The notes under the pieces are model-generated. The model saw nothing but the letters and a program-made list of their open reading frames with translations. It did not search any database and was not told the DNA's origin. A stretch of DNA of 64,000 nucleotides, from contig OY760686.1 of NCBI GenBank assembly GCA_963663865.1, positions 2,688,001 to 2,752,000 on the forward strand, written 5' to 3'. Position numbers and translations under genes: made by a program. Below are positions 55,455-64,000 of this stretch, one piece after another (within the stretch, counting starts at the first letter, position 1; every line of letters begins with the position of its first letter). The stretch is from Spirochaetota bacterium (lineage in GTDB: Bacteria; Spirochaetota; UBA4802; UBA5550).

Positions 55455-55608
55455 ATCCCCGCCGGTGGCGGGGATTTATTGTATCGATCTCGTTTCGTTC
55501 AACATTAACTCATGGATTCCCCGCCCCCAAGGTCTGGGTATGTTGCTTATAATCATATCCCACAATACTGAAAGATCTCCCCGCCTCAGGCGGGGAGATC
55601 TTTCAGTA
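55455..55608. repeat. Pair of related palindromes (TCCCCGCC-N3-GGCGGGGA core), REP/MITE-like
   Basis: 10-bp stem at 55455-55477 and 20-bp perfect stem at 55566-55608. Confidence 0.75.
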
Positions 55609-55705
55609 CAAAGGAATTACTCTTTTTTCATCTCAGCTTCAATATTTGCTGGCTTTTATTATTTTAATCTTAAAATATATCATAAAACACTATAGAACGG
55701 CTGCA

Positions 55706-56626
55706 ATGAATAATACCCTTAAAGTAGATAACATATCAAAGTCATTCCGAAGGATATCGCTTTTCGCTTCAGCAAGGATACCGGTTCACGCCCTGAAAGA
55801 AGTGAGCTTCCAATGCGGGGGAGGCTCAACCCTGTGTGTTCTCGGGCCGAACGGCGCCGGCAAGACAACCCTGATGAAGATTCTCGCCGGGCTCATATTC
55901 CCCGACTCTGGAAAAGTCCTGTTCAGCGGCAAACACGGTTCAGTCCGTTCCGGACTGGTGAGTCCCAACGACAGGTCTTTCTACTGGCGCCTCACCGGCA
56001 GGCAGAACCTCGACTTTTTCGCCTCGCTGCACGGTTACCGGGGCAGGGCAAGGAATAGTCAGGTAAGCGCGCTTCTTGAGCGCTGCGGCCTCGCAGATGA
56101 AGCTGACCGTCCCTTCAGGCTCTACTCTGCCGGCATGAAGCAGAAGCTCATGATCGCCCGTGCGCTTCTCGGCAACCCGCAGGCGCTTCTTCTTGATGAA
56201 CCAACGTCTCACCTTGACCCTGCCGCGAAGAAGAGCATTCATTCGCTCATTAAGTCCTTCACGGACAGGATTATCATTCTTTCAACTCACGACCTCACTG
56301 AGGCAGGCGCCCTGTCAGACGAAATAATTCTGCTGAACGGAGGAAGCGTTATCGCCAGGGGCAATGTAGATTCACTGCGCCTGTCCGAAGCAAAGGTTTA
56401 CACCATCAGGTTCGAGTCTGATCCGGTTCAGGGGTGGGATAATGGCCTTCTCTCAAAACCGGCCCGCAGCGCCGGCGGCGAACACCGCTTCATAATCCAT
56501 AAGGACGAATCCGCCTCCTGCATACTATCCAGAGCGCTGAATGCCGGAGGCCGGATAATTTCCTGCGGATTTGAAACCGAATCTCTTGAGGACATCTTCA
56601 CCAGAATCACTGAGGGTAAATCATGA
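55706..56626 (+). CDS. ABC-2 type exporter ATP-binding subunit
   Basis: GPNGAGKTT, YSAGMKQK, LLLDEP. Confidence 0.93.
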   Translation: MNNTLKVDNISKSFRRISLFASARIPVHALKEVSFQCGGGSTLCVLGPNGAGKTTLMKILAGLIFPDSGKVLFSGKHGSVRSGLVSPNDRSFYWRLTGRQNLDFFASLHGYRGRARNSQVSALLERCGLADEADRPFRLYSAGMKQKLMIARALLGNPQALLLDEPTSHLDPAAKKSIHSLIKSFTDRIIILSTHDLTEAGALSDEIILLNGGSVIARGNVDSLRLSEAKVYTIRFESDPVQGWDNGLLSKPARSAGGEHRFIIHKDESASCILSRALNAGGRIISCGFETESLEDIFTRITEGKS

Positions 56627-57423
56627 TATTTCTTGCTTTCGTTAAAAGGGACATTCTCACAGCGCTAAGTTATCCCTTAAACATTGCCCTGCAGCTGATC
56701 AAGGTAAGCATTACCCTCTTTCTGATTTACTTCATCAGCCGGACATTCAGCGGGAGTGTATCTCCGCACCTGACAAAGTACAGCGGTGACTATTTCGCCT
56801 ACGTGCTGATGGGAATATCTGTATCAAGCTTTGTCTTCGCCGGGCTGGACGCCTTTGCCTCATCTGTAAGAACAGCCCAGGTTGAGGGCACGCTCGAAGC
56901 GGTTTTGACAACGCCAGTATCAATATTCACGGTTCTGCTGGGCAACTCTCTCTGGACTTTCATCCTGGCTTTTGGAAGCTCCATTGCTCTTCTCGGCGCC
57001 GGAATGCTTTTTTTGGGCATTACGCTTTCCCTTACGTCAGCCCTGCTCTGTCTGGCAGTGCTGCTGCTCACCTTTCTTTCGTTTCTTTCGGTTGGAATGC
57101 TTTCAGCTTCCTTTATCATGGTATTCAAGCAGGGAAACCCGATCGGAATGATTTTCGGCACATCAAGCTATTTTCTGGGAAGCGTCCTCTTCCCCGCCGA
57201 GGTCCTTCCCGGTTTTCTGCAGCAGGCGGCAAAGCTGCTGCCAATGACATACGCCGTAAGGTCTCTGAGGGATATCGTTCTTGCTTCAGCGGCTCCGGGC
57301 GATGTTTTTCCGGTTATGCTCCAGCTGGCCCTTTTCATAATTATCCTTGCTCCCGCGGGGCTTCTTTCGTTCAGCTTTGCCGTGAAAAGGGCCAGGATAA
57401 ATGGAAGCCTTGTGCAATATTAA
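56623..57423 (+). CDS. ABC-2 type exporter permease
   Basis: Six TM segments; EGTLEAVLTTP, LLPMTYAV. Confidence 0.9.
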   Translation: MIFLAFVKRDILTALSYPLNIALQLIKVSITLFLIYFISRTFSGSVSPHLTKYSGDYFAYVLMGISVSSFVFAGLDAFASSVRTAQVEGTLEAVLTTPVSIFTVLLGNSLWTFILAFGSSIALLGAGMLFLGITLSLTSALLCLAVLLLTFLSFLSVGMLSASFIMVFKQGNPIGMIFGTSSYFLGSVLFPAEVLPGFLQQAAKLLPMTYAVRSLRDIVLASAAPGDVFPVMLQLALFIIILAPAGLLSFSFAVKRARINGSLVQY

Positions 57424-57557
57424 GCCATTATCCCCCCCTCAAAATAAAGCGTCGCGATTAATACCGTTTATTAGCCTTTCCGGGCGGAAATCCTCTTGAC
57501 ACTTTTAAAACGGCATGTTCCCCTTACTACACCCTTTTAATGGAGCAGTGAGGCCTG

Positions 57558-58673
57558 ATGGTTTACAGTAAAGCTTTCCCCGTTTTATTTCTTACATTGC
57601 TTTTTTTCCCGAATGGACTCTACGCCCTTGAAATTAACCTCCTGGCCGGTTTTGAGGGAATTTACGACAGCAATATCAATATGTCTCCGGATAATCCCGA
57701 GTACGATTTCTCGGGCCGAGTCATGGGCGGATTGGCGCTGCTCGAAAAAAAAAGAAAAATCGAGTATGGAATTACCGCCAGGGCTTACTATGACGCGTAC
57801 GTAAAAAATACCGGACTCAGCACACACACCGAAGATGCGGAAGCCTCTGTTTCAGCTCAGCTGACAGACAAGCTCTCTGTTGCTCTTGCTGACACCTTCA
57901 CGAGATATCAGGAAGCCCGATCCTATGAATCGCTTTTCGGTTCAACCGGTGAGAGGGCTATGATTTACAGCAACAGCTTTAGCGCATCGCTGCGCTACGA
58001 TTTGCTCAGAAGGATGTATTTCACCTGTAATTACGGCAACAGCTTTCAGTTTACCGACAGCGAGACATACCAGACTGCCGACACGCATGAAGGCGGCGGC
58101 AGGCTGACCTACGCGTTCAGCTCAATGAACATGATCTATTTTTCCTCGGGATATTCATTCTCGGATTACGAAGAGGGCATGGATGTTTCCGTGCTCGCGC
58201 TAAGCGCGGGCTATAGCCACTACTTCACACGAAAGCTCTACATGACGGCCGAAGGGGGCGCTGAGAGGCAGAAAAGCGGAGAGGCAAATACAAGCTGGAA
58301 CCCTGCAGGCTCCATTTCTCTGACAGATGACCTGGATGCAAAAAACCAGCTCTCTGCCAGGTGCGAATACTCAACATCAACTACGGGGCAATCCGATGAA
58401 GCCTTCACCTCGTGGACGACCTCGCTCTCGTACAGGCGTGAGGTCAGTCAGCGGATGTCCGTTTCGCAGGAGACATTCTACGGAAGAGGAACCTACTCCG
58501 TGTCGAAGCAGACAAGCGAGCTTTTTGGATTGACATTTGCTGTTTTTTATGCGATTGGAGAGGATATTGCCGCCGGGTTGCAGTATAGTTTCACAAGAAA
58601 CGACAGCCGTATCGATAACGCAGGCAAATACAACAGAAGCTTAATCACGATTTCATTGTCCGGCACATTCTGA
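57558..58673 (+). CDS. Outer-membrane beta-barrel protein associated with polysaccharide export
   Basis: Signal peptide; YDSNI motif; alternating beta strands; terminal Phe; upstream of OPX gene. Confidence 0.78.
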   Translation: MVYSKAFPVLFLTLLFFPNGLYALEINLLAGFEGIYDSNINMSPDNPEYDFSGRVMGGLALLEKKRKIEYGITARAYYDAYVKNTGLSTHTEDAEASVSAQLTDKLSVALADTFTRYQEARSYESLFGSTGERAMIYSNSFSASLRYDLLRRMYFTCNYGNSFQFTDSETYQTADTHEGGGRLTYAFSSMNMIYFSSGYSFSDYEEGMDVSVLALSAGYSHYFTRKLYMTAEGGAERQKSGEANTSWNPAGSISLTDDLDAKNQLSARCEYSTSTTGQSDEAFTSWTTSLSYRREVSQRMSVSQETFYGRGTYSVSKQTSELFGLTFAVFYAIGEDIAAGLQYSFTRNDSRIDNAGKYNRSLITISLSGTF

Positions 58674-58727
58674 TATTCAGCCGCTTTTCGGGCGGTAAAC
58701 GACGCAGGAATCTGGAGGTTCTTTTTT

Positions 58728-59306
58728 ATGCGTGTTTTGACAGTTTTACTTATTCTTTCCCTTGCCCTGCCGTCCCAATTGGCAAGCCTGAAAGTATACG
58801 CCCAGCAGTCTTATAAAGTCGGAGTTGGAGACATTCTTGACGTCAATATCATCAAACCGGATCAGGTTCGGAGTCAGGTCACCGTTTCACCCGGAGGTGA
58901 AATCTCTGTTCCATTCCTTGGCACTATTCAGGTTAAAGATAAAACCATAACCGAGATTCAGAAAATTATTCAGTGGCAGCTGTCCCAGGGGTATCTGAAA
59001 TATCCCGTGGTCACCGTCTCTCTTGTTGAGTCAAAAAGCCAGAATTACACCATTTCCGGAGAGGTCAACACACCGGGAACCTATCCTCTCAGCGACAACA
59101 CGACGGTTCTCAGAGCCATTGCCATCGCCGGGGGCTTTACCCGCTTCGGCTCATCAAGCAGAGTAAAGATACTGCGCCCGAGAAAGGACAGGCCCGGTTA
59201 CAGAAGCATAAATGTTGACCTGAAAGCGGTCGTTAACGGCGATGCCAGGGCAGACATACTCCTGGAAGCAGGCGATATTATCGTAGTCTCAGAGGGGCTT
59301 TTCTAA
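58728..59306 (+). CDS. wza: Short OPX/Wza polysaccharide export protein (Poly_export + SLBB)
   Basis: YKVGVGDIL, GEISVPFLG, GEVNTPG, AIAGGFT, LEAGDIIVV. Confidence 0.88.
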   Translation: MRVLTVLLILSLALPSQLASLKVYAQQSYKVGVGDILDVNIIKPDQVRSQVTVSPGGEISVPFLGTIQVKDKTITEIQKIIQWQLSQGYLKYPVVTVSLVESKSQNYTISGEVNTPGTYPLSDNTTVLRAIAIAGGFTRFGSSSRVKILRPRKDRPGYRSINVDLKAVVNGDARADILLEAGDIIVVSEGLF

Positions 59307-59367
59307 TTCGAATATCAGTTAAAAAATACCTTAAACCTGAATTTGATCTCAACCGGAGGACGCTCAG

Positions 59368-60957
59368 ATGAAAACCCACAACTATGTGTCTGATTTCACA
59401 TTGAGGGACATTGTCATTATACTCTTCAGATACAAGATGCTGATTATATCAACCATCTTCATCATTATGGGACTGACCCTGCTGGGCCTGAAAATGAATA
59501 CGCCGATGTACGAAGCAAGCGTGAAAATTCTAATTAAAGGTCAGTCGGTATCAGCAGCGGAAACATATCAGAGCCTGGGTTCATTTCGTATTCACAACAC
59601 TCAGACCGAGATTGTAAATTCCACCCCGGTTCTGCGCAGGACAGTCATCGCCCACAAACTGCACGAGAGACCCCTTGATTACGAAAAGCAGTTCTGTTCA
59701 CCTATAAAAGCGCCTCTTGTCGAATTTATAGCTAAAAAGGATTTCCAGACGCTTGAAGAGGAAAAGCTGTCGCCTGAGGACAAAACAGAACGCCTTATAA
59801 GTATAGCGGTAAATAAGCTGAGAAAAAACCTCAGCACATCATTAATACCAAATTCCGACGTCTTTGTGATTAATGTATTAGACTACAGCCCTGAAGAAGC
59901 CGTAAGAATCGCCAATATTCTGAGCCGGTCATACGCGATTTTCGACCTGCAGTCACAGCTCGCAGAGTTGAACATGCGGTACGGAGTACTGCACCCTTCA
60001 GTACTTCAGCTCAAAGACAACATCGAAAACATGACCGAGAACCTTTCCGGAGACAGGCTTCCCGACATTGAGGCTATTGGAACTGCAAGCGTAAAGGTTA
60101 TTGAACAGGCTTCTTCAAACAGTCTGCCTGTAGGAAAATCTTCAAAGCTTGTCTTTATTATGGCTTTTTTCGCGGCCTGTTTTGTATCAATAGCTCTTGC
60201 ACTTCTATTTAATTCATTTAACAAAAAGTTCAGAAGTCCCCAGGACATAGTAACCACCCTCAACATACCCGTAATCGGTTCTGTCCCGAAGAAAAAACTC
60301 AAGGATGGGCTGCTTCTCTCCCACGATTCCAAACCGGGCATCTACTACTCCTTCTGTGAAGACCTTGCCGAGCAGGTCTACATTTTCATGAAAACACAGA
60401 ACATGAAGAAGATCATCATAAACTCCATAACCCGTCTGAAGAGCACTCAGGCCGTCAGTTCAAATATAGCATTCTGCATCTCTCAGCTCATGGGTCACAG
60501 AGTGCTGATTGTTGACCTCAATCTCAGCGCTCCTGTCTTATCAGTCATTCACCATACTGGAAAGGTGCCCTCCATTGACGAGCTGAAAGAATCTGAAAGC
60601 ATAGATGAGTACATTCAGCAGATTTATCCGGGGCTTGACGTCATTCCCTGCTCAAAAAGCCAGACGAGAGCATCGGCATTTTTAAAGCAGACAAGCCTTG
60701 GTGAAAAGATAGCCGCCGTTCAGGACAGATATGACGCGGTCTTTTTCGACTGTGTAAACATCACCAGCAGCGCTGATATTATTCTGATATCCGAATTCGC
60801 TGATGCCGTAATGCTTGTAATAAATGAAGGAAGGGATAAAAAGCAGGTGGTTAAGAAAACGGCGGGCATGCTCTCGGGAAACAACGTGAAACTGGTGGGA
60901 GGCGTACTGAACAACAGGACATTCCCTGTGCCAGGGTTGTTTTACAGGTATTTTTAA
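59368..60957 (+). CDS. Polysaccharide co-polymerase (Wzc/GumC-like) with degenerate kinase domain
   Basis: Wzz N-terminus (LRDIVIILFRYK..PMYEAS), HPSV, second TM, VIGSVP, GGVLN. Confidence 0.85.
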   Translation: MKTHNYVSDFTLRDIVIILFRYKMLIISTIFIIMGLTLLGLKMNTPMYEASVKILIKGQSVSAAETYQSLGSFRIHNTQTEIVNSTPVLRRTVIAHKLHERPLDYEKQFCSPIKAPLVEFIAKKDFQTLEEEKLSPEDKTERLISIAVNKLRKNLSTSLIPNSDVFVINVLDYSPEEAVRIANILSRSYAIFDLQSQLAELNMRYGVLHPSVLQLKDNIENMTENLSGDRLPDIEAIGTASVKVIEQASSNSLPVGKSSKLVFIMAFFAACFVSIALALLFNSFNKKFRSPQDIVTTLNIPVIGSVPKKKLKDGLLLSHDSKPGIYYSFCEDLAEQVYIFMKTQNMKKIIINSITRLKSTQAVSSNIAFCISQLMGHRVLIVDLNLSAPVLSVIHHTGKVPSIDELKESESIDEYIQQIYPGLDVIPCSKSQTRASAFLKQTSLGEKIAAVQDRYDAVFFDCVNITSSADIILISEFADAVMLVINEGRDKKQVVKKTAGMLSGNNVKLVGGVLNNRTFPVPGLFYRYF

Positions 60958-60987
60958 TACTCCGGCTCGCTTGCCGCTTCATTCATC

Positions 60988-62427
60988 TTATGAAGCGGCT
61001 GCACCATCTTCGTCTCTGCCGGCTGACTGCTTCTCCCGGTAAATAGTGATTAATCTCGAAATGATCCCCATATATATCCAGAAGATAAACTGGAAAGACT
61101 CAAGCGCGACAACCCCATTGATAATGAACATGGCAACCAGGCTGATCATAAGAAGCTGAAGAAGCTGATCATCCCTGACCGCCTTTCCCATAACAATAAA
61201 GGGCTTAATCATAGGTGAGATGAACATAAAAAGCCAGGAGAAAAGCCCTGCCAGACCGTAATAATAAGCAATTAAAAGATAGAGATTGTCGACCGTGTTG
61301 TGGTAGTTATCTCTCATATACCCCAGAAATCGCAGTCTCATAGGCGTTGGAATGAGTCCATGCCCGAATAGAATATTATTCTTAATATAGTCCTTTAAAA
61401 AATAGAACTGGTCAACCCTTGCGCTTGAGGAATCCTGGAGAACCGCGTCTCCGCTGAAAAAGGGATTGAGTGTTGACAGCCTGTATCTGAATGAACCCGA
61501 AAGCAGCAGAGGGAAAATCCCGAGAATATAGATAAATTTTTTATTTTTATCAACAACAAAAAGATAGTAAAGAATCACAATTATCGCCCCAATCTGGGCC
61601 CCTCTGGAATTAGTGCCGATAATCGTGTTAAAAACGAATCCTATAAGAAGGACTATCATCAGCTGATTGCGCCTGTAACGGTATAAAACCATGGCCAGAG
61701 TTCCTGCAAAATAGGTTCCGAAAGCTATAGGATGACTGAATGGACCAAGTATTCTTATTGCTCCTCCCCTTACGCTGTGTTCAAAAGCCCCCGTAAACTG
61801 GTCGCTGAATGTACCGAAAATTGAATACGGATTTGAGGTTGTTATGGTTTCGTACAGACCAAGAAAGCAAAGTACAACCACGGAACGGCTCATATTGACA
61901 ACAAGCAGTTCGATGTCATCCCTTGTCCTGAATGTTGAATAGACAATGACAGTCAGTATAAAGGACTCGAAAAAGTAACTGAAAAGGGCATTAAGTGTCG
62001 AACCTGCCGCGCCCGAGAAAAGAGCTGAGCCCAACACGCTAACAATGAAGCACAGTACAGGAACCCCGAAGGTCTTCGACCTGAAATACTCAGAGTAGTA
62101 CTTCAGGAAAAGCCCGCGCCTCAGCAGAAAAACTATGACAAGCAGCGCAAGAATTCTGTGAGCTCTCACTACCGGCATGCCGGGTGCCAGCCTTAGCCCC
62201 CAGAGAGACGGAAGAAGAGGATACAGAAAAATCAGAAATAAAATAAGGCTTTTAGCTTCAATCTTTTCTATATAGTACCAGTAAATAACGCCGCCAAGCA
62301 AAGCCGCACCAAGAACAGGAGATATAAGCGGATTTAATATGCTCACAGAAGAAAAAACTATACCGCATACGAGCAGAACAAAGAACTGAGCAGCAACGCC
62401 CGGAACAGAAATATCACGGACAGACAT
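60988..62427 (-). CDS. O-antigen ligase/Wzy-like polymerase
   Basis: Multi-TM; RILGPFSHPI, TNSRGA, DNLYL...GLAG. Confidence 0.82.
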   Translation of the reverse strand: MSVRDISVPGVAAQFFVLLVCGIVFSSVSILNPLISPVLGAALLGGVIYWYYIEKIEAKSLILFLIFLYPLLPSLWGLRLAPGMPVVRAHRILALLVIVFLLRRGLFLKYYSEYFRSKTFGVPVLCFIVSVLGSALFSGAAGSTLNALFSYFFESFILTVIVYSTFRTRDDIELLVVNMSRSVVVLCFLGLYETITTSNPYSIFGTFSDQFTGAFEHSVRGGAIRILGPFSHPIAFGTYFAGTLAMVLYRYRRNQLMIVLLIGFVFNTIIGTNSRGAQIGAIIVILYYLFVVDKNKKFIYILGIFPLLLSGSFRYRLSTLNPFFSGDAVLQDSSSARVDQFYFLKDYIKNNILFGHGLIPTPMRLRFLGYMRDNYHNTVDNLYLLIAYYYGLAGLFSWLFMFISPMIKPFIVMGKAVRDDQLLQLLMISLVAMFIINGVVALESFQFIFWIYMGIISRLITIYREKQSAGRDEDGAAAS

Positions 62428-62447
62428 TCAACCCCTCCCCTTTCATA

Positions 62448-63656
62448 TCACTGATTCCTTCGTCTACCAAAAATAAGCATGTATGACCCCGCTGTCCTGA
62501 AAGCCATTGAAGCTATTCCCGCAACTACAAATCCCTTCAGGCCGAAGCGGGCAAGCATGAAGATGCCCCCGATCCTTATGACAATACTTACGGCATTTAC
62601 GAGCTGCATCCATCTTTGCTGTGTGGATGAGCTTTTTGCGACAATGTAGCAGGCTGGCACCGCGTAAATCAGAATTACTGAGTGATAAAGACAAAACAGA
62701 GAAGTAAGGGCAATACCCGAGTGATACTTCCCGGCAAACAGAATATCAAGTATAATATCCGAAAAGATTAGATAAAATGACGAAAGCATCAGAGCAGCTA
62801 TCAGGACCTTTCGTATTAGTCCTGACAAAGACATCTCCGGATTTTGAGAAAGCTTTTGAGAATAGACGTTAAATATAGCGACATACGCGAACCCGAAAAT
62901 CTGCATGAGAGCGGTCATTATTCCGAAGAGGGCCATATCGCTGTAAGTCAGCAGCTTAACAATCAAAAAGCCGTCGACCCTGGTCAGCATCATCACAATT
63001 ATTCCAAGTTCCCACATGGCCAGGCCGTTCAAGAAAAAATGCCTGTTGATTTTTTTACTTCCCTCACCCCACCTGACGAGAAGGTAGACAAGAACCGGAA
63101 TTATAAAGAGATAAGATGAAAACTTTGCCGTAACCGCTGACGAAAGCGTTATTTTAGAGGTCAGCACCAGAACAACGAGAATGAAGCCAAGAATTACCGG
63201 TGCAGCTCTTTCGATCAACAGAGACATATTGAAACTGCCTTTGGACCTCAAAGCCGCTCCAACCAGAGTTGTAATGCAGTGCAAAAATGCCGCTGCGACA
63301 ATTATTCCAACAAAGCTTATTTGAATACCGTATAACTTCACAATCAGAAATGCTGGAATTGGAAGAGCTGCAAGAACCAGCATTGAATACACAAGAAATG
63401 TTTTTTTCCATTTGTAATTATTTATCGGATCAGCGGAGAAGAACCTCAAAATAGAAGAGGACTGGCCAAGAACACAGACGAAAGCCAAAACATCGATAAT
63501 ATTGAAAAATATAAAGGTATATCTCCCAAAATCGTCTTTCGAAAGGTATTTACCAAGGACCATATTGTTGCCGAGCTGAATGACAGCGATAGCGCCCAAT
63601 ATAATGAAATTCTGGAAAGCCTTATGTGCTATCAGATGGCGGACTTTATACTTCAT
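62448..63656 (-). CDS. Wzx-type oligosaccharide flippase
   Basis: Polytopic; LGKYLSKDDFGRY, LGQSSSILRF, ILFAGKY. Confidence 0.8.
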   Translation of the reverse strand: MKYKVRHLIAHKAFQNFIILGAIAVIQLGNNMVLGKYLSKDDFGRYTFIFFNIIDVLAFVCVLGQSSSILRFFSADPINNYKWKKTFLVYSMLVLAALPIPAFLIVKLYGIQISFVGIIVAAAFLHCITTLVGAALRSKGSFNMSLLIERAAPVILGFILVVLVLTSKITLSSAVTAKFSSYLFIIPVLVYLLVRWGEGSKKINRHFFLNGLAMWELGIIVMMLTRVDGFLIVKLLTYSDMALFGIMTALMQIFGFAYVAIFNVYSQKLSQNPEMSLSGLIRKVLIAALMLSSFYLIFSDIILDILFAGKYHSGIALTSLFCLYHSVILIYAVPACYIVAKSSSTQQRWMQLVNAVSIVIRIGGIFMLARFGLKGFVVAGIASMAFRTAGSYMLIFGRRRNQ

Positions 63657-63702
63657 AACATTCAGCCATTTTTTATTATTACAAACAGGAATATTCATGC
63701 TA

Positions 63703-63999
63703 TTAAGAGGGTATACTCCTGCAGCGTTTCCATAATCCCCTCACTACAGCTCTTTTCATGGTACCGGCAAGACTTCTAATTTTTTCGGACAGGGGAATTG
63801 TCATCCATAACCTCAAAAGGCGGTAACCAACAAAGCGCGGGACAGGAATCATCAGCATTTTCATCGCAGCAAGTCTTCCGAAAACAACGCTTTTTCTGTA
63901 ACACAGCCCCTGAGCCTTGACAATGTCCGCTGTTGAGGCCGATTCGGCTTCAATATATCCCGCCTGAACAGCCCGGTTGAAAAGCTTCTCACCATTACT
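63703..63999 (-). CDS. C-terminal part of an FrhB-like (coenzyme F420 hydrogenase/dehydrogenase beta subunit) protein; 5' end outside window
   Basis: Manual translation SNGEKLFNRAVQAGYIE...FGRLAAMKMLMIPVPRFVGY...KIRSLAGTMKRAVVRGLWKR; such genes are common in polysaccharide loci. Confidence 0.55.
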   Translation of the reverse strand, partial: SNGEKLFNRAVQAGYIEAESASTADIVKAQGLCYRKSVVFGRLAAMKMLMIPVPRFVGYRLLRLWMTIPLSEKIRSLAGTMKRAVVRGLWKRCRSIPS

Positions 64000-64000
64000 G

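Noticed and set aside
58690-58702. ops/JUMPstart element before wza
   Set aside because: GGCGGTAAAC deviates from GGCGGTAGnnTG and is explained by a short local hairpin.

Overview
Bacterial chromosomal window, probably from an anaerobic spirochaete (inferred from hydG/TM1266, a large spirochaete-type cNMP-binding protein and Treponema-like lipoproteins). 1-23 kb is mostly housekeeping and signalling: Ig-like surface proteins, apbE, pyrD, hisC, namZ, fmt/def, tRNA-Asp, a hybrid kinase with an HD-GYP regulator, and a small alarmone synthetase. 24-38 kb is an AT-rich accessory region with three cassettes, each a lipoprotein peptidase (C10, M4, permuted NlpC/P60) followed by partner lipoprotein(s). 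Each peptidase has a simple-sequence repeat, (CT)14, (CT)15 or (GGAA)8, inside its signal-peptide coding region, and each is currently out of frame by one repeat unit. Two of the cassettes sit in tandem between duplicated flanks; dinB and an omptin are embedded in the region. 38-46 kb holds hydG, a ClC channel, a hybrid kinase and serB. 46-64 kb is a Wzx/Wzy polysaccharide locus enclosing a RiPP-like module: nucleotidyltransferase, S26-peptidase/HPrK-like kinase fusion, PqqD/RRE, ABC exporter, and a 55-aa peptide with a YxxP leader and Gly-rich core. All family assignments come from motif recognition by eye; no database searches were run.
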